DNA of 64,000 nucleotides. Origin: Lachnospiraceae bacterium (GTDB lineage: Bacteria; Bacillota; Clostridia; Lachnospirales; Lachnospiraceae). The stretch spans positions 5,980 through 69,979 of the forward strand of contig JAFUIR010000008.1 in NCBI GenBank assembly GCA_017468395.1, given 5' to 3'. This document shows positions 20,646 through 30,836 of the stretch, piece by piece; the first letter of the stretch is position 1, and every line of letters begins with the position of its first letter. The notes beneath the pieces are model-generated. The model had not been told where the DNA came from. It made no database searches and worked only from the letters and a program-made list of their open reading frames with translations. The position numbers were made by a program, and so were the translations under genes.

Positions 20646-21650
20646 ATGAAAGTCGGTAAAATTTCAGAGAGCGTATTGAAACGTTCAGTGCTGAAACAGA
20701 TAAAAGTAAATAAAGATTCCAAAATGCTTAGTGGCGCATCTGTAGGGGCAGACTGCGCCATTTTTTCTTTTTCCGGCGCCGGTTTTTCCAATATTATGAC
20801 ATGTGTGCAAGAGGCTGCAGTCGCCGGAAAGGCGGATATGGAGCGTATTTTGCACAAAACCGCCAATGGCGTGGCCTGTGCAGGAGCGGTTCCCATAGCC
20901 GCCATGATTAGTTTAATGCTTCCGGAAAGTATGGAAGAAGCAAAATTGCAAGAATTAATGTGCGAAGCCCGGAGAGTTTGTGATAAAATAGGTATGGCTC
21001 TCGCAGGAGGACAGACTAATGTGTGGGCAGATATTTTAAAGCCCCATGTGTCTGTGACTGTGCTGGGAACTGTCGCAGGGGAGAAAACTATCCTGCCGGG
21101 CAGGGCAAAGCCGGGACAAGACATTGTTATCAGCAAATGGATCGCTTTGGAAGGGACGGCTATGATTGCCAAAACGTTGGGAGAGCAGATGACAGCCCGT
21201 TATCCTCTATATTTTATCGAGGAGGCGGCTTCTTTCGGAAAATACATATCGGTGTTGCCGGAAGCCCAAATTGCGGCAGATAAAGGTGTGAGCGCCATGC
21301 ATGACGTTTCTGAGGGCGGAATTTTCAGAGCCCTTTGGGAGATTGCGGAAAGTGCCGGAACGGGTTTAAATGTGGATTTGAAAAAAATTCCTATCCGGCA
21401 AGAGACAGTGGAAGTTTGTGAGTTCTTTCAGATAAGTCCTTACGAACTGTTGTCGGGAGGAAGTCTCATTATGGTCGCGGATGATGGAGAAGGTCTGACG
21501 GAAGCCTTGTTAGAGGCGGGAATTCCTGCCGCTGTGGTGGGCAAACTTACTGCAGGCAATGACCGGGTGATTGTAAACGAAGAGGAAACCAGATTTTTGG
21601 ACAGACCCAGAACCGATGAAATTTATAAAGTGGAAGCATTGTGGAAATAA
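20646..21650 (+). CDS. AIR synthase/PurM-like family protein (HypE-related)
   Basis: GADCA, GGQT, AMHDVSEGG, SGGSL. Confidence 0.8.
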   Translation: MKVGKISESVLKRSVLKQIKVNKDSKMLSGASVGADCAIFSFSGAGFSNIMTCVQEAAVAGKADMERILHKTANGVACAGAVPIAAMISLMLPESMEEAKLQELMCEARRVCDKIGMALAGGQTNVWADILKPHVSVTVLGTVAGEKTILPGRAKPGQDIVISKWIALEGTAMIAKTLGEQMTARYPLYFIEEAASFGKYISVLPEAQIAADKGVSAMHDVSEGGIFRALWEIAESAGTGLNVDLKKIPIRQETVEVCEFFQISPYELLSGGSLIMVADDGEGLTEALLEAGIPAAVVGKLTAGNDRVIVNEEETRFLDRPRTDEIYKVEALWK

Positions 21651-21688
21651 AAAGGCTAGATAGCCGTTAAAGAAAAGGAGATACAGCT

Positions 21689-22171
21689 ATGAGAAATGAA
21701 TTGTTATCCATTATTGAGAAAAACAGCCGCATTGATTTAAAAGAACTGGCGGCAATGCTTGGAGTGGGAGAAATAGAGGTAGCCAATGAAATGGCTGCTA
21801 TGGAAAGAGAAGGCATTATCTGCGGATATCACACACTGATTAACTGGGAAAATACTTCCGATGAGAAAGTAACGGCACTGATTGAAGTATCCGTAACACC
21901 TCAGACCGGACAGGGATTTGATACAATCGCAGAAAAAATTTACAAATATTCCGAGGTTCGCAGTGTTTATCTGATTTCCGGAAAATATGACCTGATGGTA
22001 ATTTTGGAAGGCAAGAGTTTGAGGGAAGTTTCCAATTTTGTTTCGGAAAAACTTTCTGCACTGGATGCTGTACTTAGCACGGCAACTCATTTTATTTTGA
22101 AAAAGTATAAGGATCATGGTACTATTTTCAAGACGAAAACGGACGACGAAAGAGAGATGATTACACCATGA
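21689..22171 (+). CDS. Lrp/AsnC family transcriptional regulator
   Basis: N-terminal HTH; C-terminal RAM domain VYLISGKYDL. Confidence 0.9.
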   Translation: MRNELLSIIEKNSRIDLKELAAMLGVGEIEVANEMAAMEREGIICGYHTLINWENTSDEKVTALIEVSVTPQTGQGFDTIAEKIYKYSEVRSVYLISGKYDLMVILEGKSLREVSNFVSEKLSALDAVLSTATHFILKKYKDHGTIFKTKTDDEREMITP

Positions 22172-23343
22172 GAAATCCCTTATCAAATGCAGTAACAGAA
22201 ATTAAACCTTCCGGCATCCGTAAATTTTTTGATATTGTAAGTGAGATGAAAGATGCCATTTCTTTGGGCGTTGGTGAGCCGGATTTTGACACCCCTTGGC
22301 ATATCCGGGCAGAGGGAATCCACTCCTTGGAAAAAGGAAAAACCTTCTATACTTCCAATTCCGGGTTGATGGATCTTCGCCGTGAAATATGCAATTATCT
22401 GAAAAGAAAACAAGGCATTACTTATGATCCGGCAAAGGAAGTGTTGATTACAGTAGGTGGTAGTGAAGCCATTGACATCGGACTTCGCGCAATGCTTGAT
22501 CCCGGAGATGAGGTGCTGATACCCCAGCCCAGTTATGTGTCCTATGAGCCGTGCACCGTACTGGCAGGCGGTGTTCCTGTGGTGATTAATTTAAAGGCAG
22601 AAAATGAATTCCGTCTTACCGCCAAGGAGCTAGAAGATGCCATTACAGAAAAAACCAAGGTACTGATTTTGCCTTTCCCCAACAATCCTACCGGCGCCAT
22701 TATGGAAAAGGAGGATTTGGAGGCCATTGCCGAGGTAGTAATTAAACATGATATTTTTGTAATGTCAGATGAAATCTACTCCGAACTTACATATAAGGGA
22801 GAGCATGTTTCCATCGCCGCTTTGCCGGGAATGCAGGAAAGAACCATTCTCATCAATGGTTTTTCCAAGGCTTATGCCATGACGGGATGGAGACTCGGAT
22901 ATGCATGCGGTCCCAGAGTGATTTTACAGCAAATGACCAAAATCCATCAATTTGCCATTATGTGTGCGCCGACCACCAGTCAGTATGCAGCAATCGAGGC
23001 TCTGAAAAATGGTGACGACGACGTGAAAATGATGCGCGATGCATATAACCAGAGAAGAAGATTTTTGGTAAACGCATTCCGTGAGATGGGGCTGGAATGT
23101 TTTGAACCTTATGGTGCTTTTTATGTATTTCCTTGTATTAAGGAATTTGGTATGACCAGTGATGAATTTGCCACCAGATTTTTGGAGGAAGAAAAGGTAG
23201 CTGTAGTACCCGGAACTGCTTTTGGCGACTGCGGCGAAGGTTTCTTGCGAATTTCCTATGCCTATTCCTTAGAAAATCTGAAGGTTGCCATCGGCAGATT
23301 TGAGCGGTTCGTGAAGAAACTTCGCGAAGAGCAAAATAAGTAA
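22168..23343 (+). CDS. Class I/II PLP-dependent aminotransferase
   Basis: LGVGEPDF, FPNNPTG, SDEIY, GFSKAYAMTGWRLGY (PLP Lys). Confidence 0.95.
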   Translation: MRNPLSNAVTEIKPSGIRKFFDIVSEMKDAISLGVGEPDFDTPWHIRAEGIHSLEKGKTFYTSNSGLMDLRREICNYLKRKQGITYDPAKEVLITVGGSEAIDIGLRAMLDPGDEVLIPQPSYVSYEPCTVLAGGVPVVINLKAENEFRLTAKELEDAITEKTKVLILPFPNNPTGAIMEKEDLEAIAEVVIKHDIFVMSDEIYSELTYKGEHVSIAALPGMQERTILINGFSKAYAMTGWRLGYACGPRVILQQMTKIHQFAIMCAPTTSQYAAIEALKNGDDDVKMMRDAYNQRRRFLVNAFREMGLECFEPYGAFYVFPCIKEFGMTSDEFATRFLEEEKVAVVPGTAFGDCGEGFLRISYAYSLENLKVAIGRFERFVKKLREEQNK

Positions 23344-23364
23344 AACTCCGAAGGGAGAAACAGT

Positions 23365-23853
23365 ATGCATATTGTATTACATCAGCCGGAGATACCGGCA
23401 AATACAGGTAACATCGGCAGAACATGCGTGGCCACCGGCACATCATTACACCTGATTGAGCCGCTGGGATTTCGGTTGGACGAAAAATCAATTAAAAGAG
23501 CCGGAATGGATTATTGGCAACATTTGGATGTGAACAGATACATTAATTTTGAAGACTTTAAAAAGCAGCATCCGGGAGCGAAAATCTGGTATGCTACCAC
23601 AAAGGCAAAAAATGTATACACCGATGTAAAATACGGTCCCGATGATTTCATTATGTTTGGGAAAGAAAGTGCGGGCATCCCGGAAGAAATTCTGGTGGAA
23701 AACGAAGACAGTTGTATCCGTATTCCGATGCTTTCCGAAATCCGTTCATTGAATTTGTCCAATTCCGTGGCAGTGGTTCTCTACGAGGCTCTTCGCCAAC
23801 AAAATTTTGAACAAATGCAACTGCAGGGACAACTTCACAGGCTTCACTGGTAA
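23365..23853 (+). CDS. trmL: tRNA (cytidine/uridine 34-2'-O)-methyltransferase
   Basis: PEIPANTGNIGRTC, RAGMDYW, FGKESAG, RSLNLSN. Confidence 0.95.
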   Translation: MHIVLHQPEIPANTGNIGRTCVATGTSLHLIEPLGFRLDEKSIKRAGMDYWQHLDVNRYINFEDFKKQHPGAKIWYATTKAKNVYTDVKYGPDDFIMFGKESAGIPEEILVENEDSCIRIPMLSEIRSLNLSNSVAVVLYEALRQQNFEQMQLQGQLHRLHW

Positions 23854-23896
23854 AATGAAATCGCAAAATAAAATCGAATAGAAACGGATAAAATGT

Positions 23897-23932
23897 AAAG
23901 ACTGTTACTGAAAGATAAGTAACAGTCTTTTT
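23897..23932 (+). terminator. Intrinsic terminator
   Basis: AAAGACTGTTACT-loop-AGTAACAGTCTTTTT. Confidence 0.85.
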
Positions 23933-23943
23933 CTATACGCGCA

Positions 23944-23972
23944 TTGATTTTGAAAGGGTTTAACTCTATAAT
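23944..23972 (+). promoter_or_regulatory. Sigma-A promoter of the fructose PTS operon
   Basis: TTGATT-N17-TATAAT. Confidence 0.65.
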
Positions 23973-24017
23973 GAAAGTGCAGACGGTGCAAGGAAATCAG
24001 TAGCGGGAGGCTAAGTT

Positions 24018-24926
24018 ATGATTTATACGATTACATTCAATCCGGCGTTGGACTACATTGTTTCCGTAGAGGATTTTAAACTGGGAATGACAAACCGCAC
24101 TTTTGAGGAAAAGATGCTTCCCGGCGGTAAAGGTATCAATGTTTCCATGGTTTTAAAAAATCTGGGATATGAGAGTACTGCTTTGGGATTTATCGCAGGA
24201 TTTACCGGAGAGGAAATCAAAAGCCGGGTGGAAGAAACCGGATGTAAAGCAGAGTTTATTTGTCTTCCCAAAGGAATGAGCAGAATCAATATGAAACTGA
24301 AATCCATAGACGGAACGGAAATCAACGGAATGGGACCGGATATTGATAAAGACAGCCTTTCTTTGCTTATGTCGCGCTTAGAGCGTCTGCAAAAGGGAGA
24401 TATTCTGGTATTGGCCGGCAGTATTCCCAAAAGTTTGCCAAGTTCCATTTACAGTGAAATTATGGCTAGGCTTAGGGAAAAGGAAATTCTTTTTGTAGTG
24501 GATGCAACAAAGGATTTGCTGGTGGAGGCTTTGACGTACAAGCCTTTTTTGGTAAAGCCTAATCATCATGAGATTGGTGAAATATTCGGTGTCAAACTGC
24601 AAAAAAGAGAAGAAGTGATTCCTTATGCCAAAAGATTGCAGGAAATGGGAGCAACAAACGTATTGGTTTCCATGTCCGGGGAAGGAGCTGTGCTTGCGGC
24701 AGCAGACGGTAATATTTATCATTCGCCTGCGCCGGAGGGAAAACTAATCAATGCAGTGGGAGCCGGGGATTCCATGGTTGCCGGATTTTTGGCAGGATTT
24801 TTGGAAACCGGAGAGTATAAAAAAGCACTTTCCATGGGACTTGCAACGGGTAGTGCCAGCGCTTTTTCAGAAAATTTGGCAACAAGGCCGGAGGTGGAAG
24901 TGCTTTTAAAACAGATGGAGGGATAA
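24018..24926 (+). CDS. fruK: 1-phosphofructokinase
   Basis: NPALDY, GGKGINVS, KPNHHE, VGAGDSMVAGF. Confidence 0.95.
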   Translation: MIYTITFNPALDYIVSVEDFKLGMTNRTFEEKMLPGGKGINVSMVLKNLGYESTALGFIAGFTGEEIKSRVEETGCKAEFICLPKGMSRINMKLKSIDGTEINGMGPDIDKDSLSLLMSRLERLQKGDILVLAGSIPKSLPSSIYSEIMARLREKEILFVVDATKDLLVEALTYKPFLVKPNHHEIGEIFGVKLQKREEVIPYAKRLQEMGATNVLVSMSGEGAVLAAADGNIYHSPAPEGKLINAVGAGDSMVAGFLAGFLETGEYKKALSMGLATGSASAFSENLATRPEVEVLLKQMEG

Positions 24927-24928
24927 TA

Positions 24929-26893
24929 ATGAGAATAACAGAACTGCTGAGCTGGGAAAGTATTGAACTTCGGGCCGGCCCCGCAGATAAAAAAGAGGCT
25001 TTGGACATGGCAATCCGGCTCATGGAAAAGAGCGGAAAAATCAGTGATGTAGAAAGTTACCGAAAGCAGGTATATGCCAGAGAGGAAGAAGGAACCACGG
25101 GAATCGGAGAGGGAATCGCCATTCCCCACGGAAAAGGCGACGGTGTAAAGGCTCCGGGACTTGCGGCTATGGTGATTCCTGACGGGGTGGATTTTGATTC
25201 ACTGGACGGAAAGCCGGTTCACTTGATTTTTTTGATTGCGGCACCAAATACAAAAGAAAATGTACATTTAGAGGTACTGAGCAAATTGTCTGTGCTTTTG
25301 ATGGATCAGGACTTTGTGTGGCGTCTCAGATGCGCCACAAACAGAGACGAATTTATAAATATCATCAATGTTGCAGACCGGAAGACAAAGGCAGAAGAAG
25401 CCAAAAAGGCAGAGCCTGTTGCAGTAGAGGAAGTTATACTGCGGGGAAATGTCTTGGCAGTGACATCCTGTCCCACAGGTATTGCCCATACTTATATGGC
25501 GGCGGAGGGACTGGAAAAAGCGGCAAGGGCAAAAGGCTGTGCCATCAAAGTAGAGACAAGAGGCTCAGGCGGGGCAAAAAATGTACTGACAGAAAAGGAA
25601 ATCGAAGAGGCAGACTGCATTATTGTGGCAGCGGATGCAAAAGTTCCCATGGAGCGATTTGTGGGTAAGCCGGTAATAGAATGTCAGGTTTCCGATGGCA
25701 TCAGTAAAGCAGAGCAGTTAATAGATAGAGCGCTCAGTGGGGAGGTATCTCCTTATAGAGTGGGGCAGCCGAGGTCAAACAGTTTTGCAGAAACTAAAAA
25801 AGAGAGAGAAGACTACCGTGAAAAAGGTGCGTCTATAGGGCATAAAATTTATACCCATTTGATGAACGGTGTATCCCATATGCTTCCCTTTGTAGTAGGC
25901 GGGGGCATCTTGATTGCTCTGGCTTTTCTGATAGATTCTTTAAGCGTGGATATGGAAACTTTACCGGCGGATATAAGAGCAAATTTTGGCTCCATTACCT
26001 CTGCTGCCGCCGTGCTGAAGGGAATCGGGGATGCTGCTTTTGGATTTATGCTGCCGATACTTGCCGGTTTTATTGCAGCAAGCATTGGGGACAGACCGGG
26101 ACTTGCGGTAGGATTTGTGGGAGGCTTTATTGCGGCAAACGGCAAATCCGGATTTTTGGGTGCTTTGGCAGCCGGCTTTATTGCGGGTTACCTGATTGCA
26201 GGACTTCGCAAACTATTTGAAAAATTGCCGGAAATAGTAGAAAAATTAGCCCCTGTACTGCTATATCCTTTTTTTGGTATACTGTTGATAGGGTTGATAA
26301 TGACATTTTTAATTGAGCCTCCTATTGGCACCTTGAATACGGCGCTAAACGATGCTTTGACCCGGATGGGAGGCAGTAGCAAAGTACTTTTGGGTGCAGT
26401 TGTGGCAGGCATGATGGCTATTGACATGGGAGGACCTTTCAATAAGGCGGCCTATGTATTCGGAACCGCATCCATTGTGGCGGGAAATTATGATATTATG
26501 GCGGCGGTAATGGTGGGCGGTATGGTTCCTCCTTGTGCCATCGCTTTGGCAACATTGATATTCAGAAATAAATTTACAAAAGAGCAGAGAGAATCGGGAC
26601 CTGCCAATTTTATCATGGGATTGGCTTTTATTACAGAGGGAGCGATTCCCTTTGCGGCATCGGATCCCTTGCGGGTGCTTCCTTCCTGTATTTTGGGCAG
26701 CGCTGTGGCTGGGGCAATGTCTATGCTTTTTGGGTGCACGCTGATGGCACCCCATGGTGGAATCTTTGTGTTCCCTGTGGTGGAAAATCCCCTTATGTAC
26801 CTGGTTTCTCTGATTGTGGGAACAGTAGTAGCGGCCTTTGTACTGGGGCTGTTGAAAAAGAAGTTAGAGGGAGATTATTATGAAGCAACTTAG
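24929..26893 (+). CDS. fruA: PTS fructose transporter IIABC
   Basis: IIA GIAIPHG, IIB SCPTGIAHT, IIC DMGGPFNK and ITEGAIPFA. Confidence 0.95.
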   Translation: MRITELLSWESIELRAGPADKKEALDMAIRLMEKSGKISDVESYRKQVYAREEEGTTGIGEGIAIPHGKGDGVKAPGLAAMVIPDGVDFDSLDGKPVHLIFLIAAPNTKENVHLEVLSKLSVLLMDQDFVWRLRCATNRDEFINIINVADRKTKAEEAKKAEPVAVEEVILRGNVLAVTSCPTGIAHTYMAAEGLEKAARAKGCAIKVETRGSGGAKNVLTEKEIEEADCIIVAADAKVPMERFVGKPVIECQVSDGISKAEQLIDRALSGEVSPYRVGQPRSNSFAETKKEREDYREKGASIGHKIYTHLMNGVSHMLPFVVGGGILIALAFLIDSLSVDMETLPADIRANFGSITSAAAVLKGIGDAAFGFMLPILAGFIAASIGDRPGLAVGFVGGFIAANGKSGFLGALAAGFIAGYLIAGLRKLFEKLPEIVEKLAPVLLYPFFGILLIGLIMTFLIEPPIGTLNTALNDALTRMGGSSKVLLGAVVAGMMAIDMGGPFNKAAYVFGTASIVAGNYDIMAAVMVGGMVPPCAIALATLIFRNKFTKEQRESGPANFIMGLAFITEGAIPFAASDPLRVLPSCILGSAVAGAMSMLFGCTLMAPHGGIFVFPVVENPLMYLVSLIVGTVVAAFVLGLLKKKLEGDYYEAT

Positions 26894-27137
26894 ATATGTG
26901 ATTACCGATCCGGAGGGGATTCATGCCAGACCGGCGGCACTTTTGATTAAACTTACCACAGGTTTTTCCTCTGTGATTACTATGGAAAAAGGCGGAAAAA
27001 GTGGTGACGCAAAGCGCATTTTCGCAGTTATGGGGCTTGGAGTAAAACAAGGGGAAGAAGTTTTAATTACCGCCCAGGGACCGGACGAAGACCGGGCTAT
27101 AAAAGAAATTGAAGATTTTTTGAAGGAAAATCTGTAG
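26880..27137 (+). CDS. HPr-family phosphocarrier (His15 present, Arg at position 46)
   Basis: GIHARPA with His15; DAKRIF in place of LKSIM. Confidence 0.92.
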   Translation: MKQLRYVITDPEGIHARPAALLIKLTTGFSSVITMEKGGKSGDAKRIFAVMGLGVKQGEEVLITAQGPDEDRAIKEIEDFLKENL

Positions 27138-27146
27138 GAGAGAAGT

Positions 27147-28775
27147 ATGCTGACATTCCATGGAAAAAGCGTATTTGGCGGCATAGCCATCGGAAAAATT
27201 TATGTTTACCAAAAGGATAACCGATTAATAAAACGGGAAAAAATTACGGACCCGGAGTCTGAGATTGCCCGCTTTCAGAAGGCAAGGAAAGAGGCAGTAG
27301 AGCAGTTGGGAGAATTGTACCAGTCTTCCTTACGGAAAATCGGTAAATCGGAAGCGGCTATTTTTGAAGTGCATCAAATGATGTTGGAGGATTTGGATTA
27401 TGTGCAGTCCATAGAAAACATTATTGAAGGCCAAAAGGTAAATGCGGAATATGCTGTGGCAACTACGGCGGATAACTATGCCTGTATGTTTGCTTCCATG
27501 GATGATGCATATATGAAAGAAAGAGCGGCAGATGTCAAAGATGTGTCAGAGCGGGTAATCAATGTCCTTATGGGAAATAAGGACAGCAGCCCGGAAATGA
27601 CAGAGCCGGTCATTATTGTGGCGGAGGATTTGGCCCCCAGTGAAACAGTGCAGTTGGATAAAGATAAAGTGTTGGCCTTTGTGACCAGACTTGGTTCATC
27701 CAATTCCCACACGGCCATTCTGGCAAGAACCATGGGAATCCCGGCACTCATCGGTGTGGATGCGGATTTTAAAAAACTCCATGGGAAATTAGGTGTGGTG
27801 GACGGATTTAAAGGCGTTTTTTACACGGAACCGGAAGAAAGTGTTTTGCAGGAACTTGAAGAAAAAAAGCGTCAGGAAGAGGAAAAGAAAAATCTTCTTT
27901 TGTCGCTTAAAGGAAAGGCGAACGTAACATTGGACGGAAGAGAAATCAAACTGTATGCTAATATCGGAAACATCAAGGACTTAGCCTTGGTAAAGCAAAA
28001 TGATGCAAGCGGAATCGGTTTGTTCCGCAGTGAATTTTTGTATTTGGAAAAAGATAATTACCCAAGCGAAGAAGAGCAGTTCCAAGTATATAAAACAGTG
28101 GCACAGTCCATGGCAGGTAAACAGGTAATTATCCGTACGCTTGATATCGGAGCAGATAAACAGGCAGATTATTTTGATATTCCACAAGAGGAAAATCCCG
28201 CTATGGGTTATCGCGCCATCCGCATTTGTCTGGACAGACCGGAAATTTTCAAGACACAGCTTCGGGCGATTTTCCGGGCAACCGTTTATGGTAATCTTGC
28301 TATTATGTATCCCATGATTATTTCCCTGGACGAAGTGCATCAGATTCAAAAACTGGTGGCACAGGTAAAGGACGAACTTAAGGAGCAGGGGATTGCTTAC
28401 AAGGATGTAGAAGAAGGGATTATGATTGAAACCCCTGCTGCGGTTATGATGAGCGGGGAACTGGCAAAGGAAGTGGATTTTTTCAGCATTGGAACCAACG
28501 ACCTGACCCAGTATACTCTGGCCATTGACAGGCAAAATCCGAAATTGGACGATTTGTACGATGCAAAGCATCCCGCTGTCCTCAAGATGATTCAGATGGT
28601 TGTGGATAACGCCCACAAAGCAGGCATATGGGTGGGGATATGTGGCGAGTTAGGGGCAGATACAGACCTGACTGAAGAATTTCTGAAAATGGGAATTGAC
28701 GAGTTGTCCGTATCTCCGGGGAAAGTGTTGCCGGTTAGGAAAAAAATAAGAGAGATAAATCTTGATAAGAAATAA
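27147..28775 (+). CDS. ptsI: PTS enzyme I
   Basis: SHTAILAR (phospho-His), GLFRSEF, RTLDIGADK, IGTNDLTQY. Confidence 0.95.
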   Translation: MLTFHGKSVFGGIAIGKIYVYQKDNRLIKREKITDPESEIARFQKARKEAVEQLGELYQSSLRKIGKSEAAIFEVHQMMLEDLDYVQSIENIIEGQKVNAEYAVATTADNYACMFASMDDAYMKERAADVKDVSERVINVLMGNKDSSPEMTEPVIIVAEDLAPSETVQLDKDKVLAFVTRLGSSNSHTAILARTMGIPALIGVDADFKKLHGKLGVVDGFKGVFYTEPEESVLQELEEKKRQEEEKKNLLLSLKGKANVTLDGREIKLYANIGNIKDLALVKQNDASGIGLFRSEFLYLEKDNYPSEEEQFQVYKTVAQSMAGKQVIIRTLDIGADKQADYFDIPQEENPAMGYRAIRICLDRPEIFKTQLRAIFRATVYGNLAIMYPMIISLDEVHQIQKLVAQVKDELKEQGIAYKDVEEGIMIETPAAVMMSGELAKEVDFFSIGTNDLTQYTLAIDRQNPKLDDLYDAKHPAVLKMIQMVVDNAHKAGIWVGICGELGADTDLTEEFLKMGIDELSVSPGKVLPVRKKIREINLDKK

Positions 28776-28780
28776 ACTAT

Positions 28781-28831
28781 AAAAAGAGCCATTGTAAAAA
28801 GTGTTGGATACTTATTTACATTGGCTCTTTT
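28781..28831. terminator. Bidirectional terminator
   Basis: AAAAGAGCCA...TGGCTCTTTT between convergent genes. Confidence 0.75.
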
Positions 28832-28836
28832 GGGTT

Positions 28837-29964
28837 TTAAGCGCCCAAAATTTGCGCTAAATATTCAGTTAATACTTTTGCGGCACGTTCGTGGGATTTT
28901 ACACCGGGATGGAAGCGGCAGCCCACGGTTTCTTCCGTAGTGTTGGGTAACTGCAGGAAGAAAGTTTTGATGTCACCGCTTTCTTTGCGGAAAGTGTTGA
29001 TGGCATTTGTAATAGGTAAACTCAAATCATATCCAAGCATGCCGTAAACCCATACAATGTGGGAATCGGGATTGTTGCGTCTGAGCATATAAAGGAAATC
29101 CACCACTGCCTTTTCAAAGCGGGCAGCGTCCTCTGTCACAAAAGAACCATCGGAATTTAAGTGTTGTTTAAATGTTTCGCCGGTGTCCGGGTCTTCCCAC
29201 TGAGGCTGATTAAAAGCGCTGCAATCATTAGTTCCTAAATTTACAACAATAGCATCCGGTTTCCATTCAGCAAAGTCGTGAGGTTTCTGTGCACCGATTT
29301 TTTCATTAAATTCCCCTAAACCAAGACCGCAAATTTTTTCATAACAGGAAGGAATGTTATGATGAGGGTTGTTATCCCAACCGCACAAAACGCCCCAGCC
29401 ACCTTGGGAAATCAGTCGGAAATCCGCATCCAGAGCCTTTGCAGTCATATTTGCATAGTTTCGGCTGGAACTCATAAACATGGAAATCCAAGGCTGGTCG
29501 CCGTTTGGACCATAAGTTCCTTCGCCGGAAGTAATACTGTCGCCGATAAATTCCAATTTAAAACGCTTGTCCGCCACAGGATAGAACTCTCCGTCCGTGC
29601 GGAAGCCGCGAATCAAAACATGGCAGGAATCGTCTTCGGACATTGCCTGCAATTCTCTGTAGAAACGCACATTTTTAACGGCGTCCAAGGTCATATTGCG
29701 GAAAAGACATAGTGAATAACTGCCGGGCATCAGCATTTGTCTGCTCATAAATGCACCGTCAATATCTGTTCCTACCCAAGGTTCAAAGGTGTCAAAATCT
29801 ACGTCAATATCAATCCAAAGTTCGGTTCCGCTCACATTGACTTCAATGGCACTTCCGTTCCAAAAAAGGGGAAGCGGGTACTGGCTGTAGTCAGTTCTGC
29901 CGTGAACTTTGTAATAAGGGGTTTCTTTTAAAGAATAGGTTTTTAAATTTGTGTTTTGATACAT
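28837..29964 (-). CDS. CE2-like SGNH acetyl esterase
   Basis: N-terminal beta domain; GDSITSG, SQGGWG, NLGTND, GCRFHP. Confidence 0.85.
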   Translation of the reverse strand: MYQNTNLKTYSLKETPYYKVHGRTDYSQYPLPLFWNGSAIEVNVSGTELWIDIDVDFDTFEPWVGTDIDGAFMSRQMLMPGSYSLCLFRNMTLDAVKNVRFYRELQAMSEDDSCHVLIRGFRTDGEFYPVADKRFKLEFIGDSITSGEGTYGPNGDQPWISMFMSSSRNYANMTAKALDADFRLISQGGWGVLCGWDNNPHHNIPSCYEKICGLGLGEFNEKIGAQKPHDFAEWKPDAIVVNLGTNDCSAFNQPQWEDPDTGETFKQHLNSDGSFVTEDAARFEKAVVDFLYMLRRNNPDSHIVWVYGMLGYDLSLPITNAINTFRKESGDIKTFFLQLPNTTEETVGCRFHPGVKSHERAAKVLTEYLAQILGA

Positions 29965-29981
29965 AAGTTATTCCCTTTCTT

Positions 29982-30650
29982 TTAATGGGATTTTCGGCTT
30001 TTATTTAATTGCAGACGTTCTTTTATCGTAATATATCTGTCTAAGCCAATTACTTTTGCATTCAGTTTACATCCGTAAACGGTACTTCCATTTTCCAGTT
30101 TGTAATTTCTGACAATAATTCCCGTCAAATGAAATGTATAGTTTTCGTTTCGCTCCTGTATGTAATCCGTAAGAACTACGTGGGCAATAGCGCCGGGCTT
30201 AAATTCTCTTGCCGTGGCAGGAAGAATAAATGAAAAACCGGTGACACTGACGTCTTTAATAGTTGTGTCAAGGGCTGTGTTGTTTACCCCTATCTGGACG
30301 GAAGAGTAAAGTCCGAGAAAACAACGGAAAGCGCCTCGCCTGTTAAATTCTTTGCTGGGTCCGAGTGTGGAGATAAAATAGCAGAAATTTCCTGAATCGG
30401 ACTTTAATGTTTGAACTGTCACATTATAAAAAATGTGTGGCTTTGCATCATCAAAAGCCACAATTAAATGGGTTAAAATACCCGATGCCTTAAAGGAGAG
30501 AACTTTTTCATCCTTCATAATAGCATTAGTGTAAATACCATGTTTTTTGGGAACAACCTCCATAATTGTCAAAGGAAATTCCAATTGTTCGGAATTAATT
30601 ACTATTTGGAGAGTAAGTTTCTGCCCCATGACTAATTCTTCAATACGCAT
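29982..30650 (-). CDS. PilZ-domain c-di-GMP receptor (YcgR/DgrA-like architecture)
   Basis: RRGAFR (RxxxR) and DVSVTG (DxSxxG). Confidence 0.85.
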   Translation of the reverse strand: MRIEELVMGQKLTLQIVINSEQLEFPLTIMEVVPKKHGIYTNAIMKDEKVLSFKASGILTHLIVAFDDAKPHIFYNVTVQTLKSDSGNFCYFISTLGPSKEFNRRGAFRCFLGLYSSVQIGVNNTALDTTIKDVSVTGFSFILPATAREFKPGAIAHVVLTDYIQERNENYTFHLTGIIVRNYKLENGSTVYGCKLNAKVIGLDRYITIKERLQLNKSRKSH

Positions 30651-30794
30651 AAATACCATACCTTTTCTAAACTCTAGATATAGAATACTTGATAATTAGC
30701 CGTTGGTCAATTAAATTTGTAGAGATTACATGAATTTAACAAAAATTTTACGTATTTTTTGTAGTAAGTGTTGATAAGAAAAGCGGACCAAATA

Positions 30795-30832
30795 AATAAA
30801 ACCGAAACTTTGTAACAAGCTTCGGTTTTATT
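30795..30832 (-). terminator. Terminator of leuA
   Basis: AATAAAACCGAA...TTCGGTTTTATT directly after the stop codon. Confidence 0.75.
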
Positions 30833-30836
30833 GAGA

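Noticed and set aside
20646-21650. Hydrogenase maturation (hypE) cluster
   Set aside because: No hyp or hydrogenase genes nearby; treated as a generic PurM-like protein
23950-23964. cre-like site TGAAAGGGTTTAAC in the fru promoter spacer
   Set aside because: Lacks the central CG and has several mismatches; too weak to call
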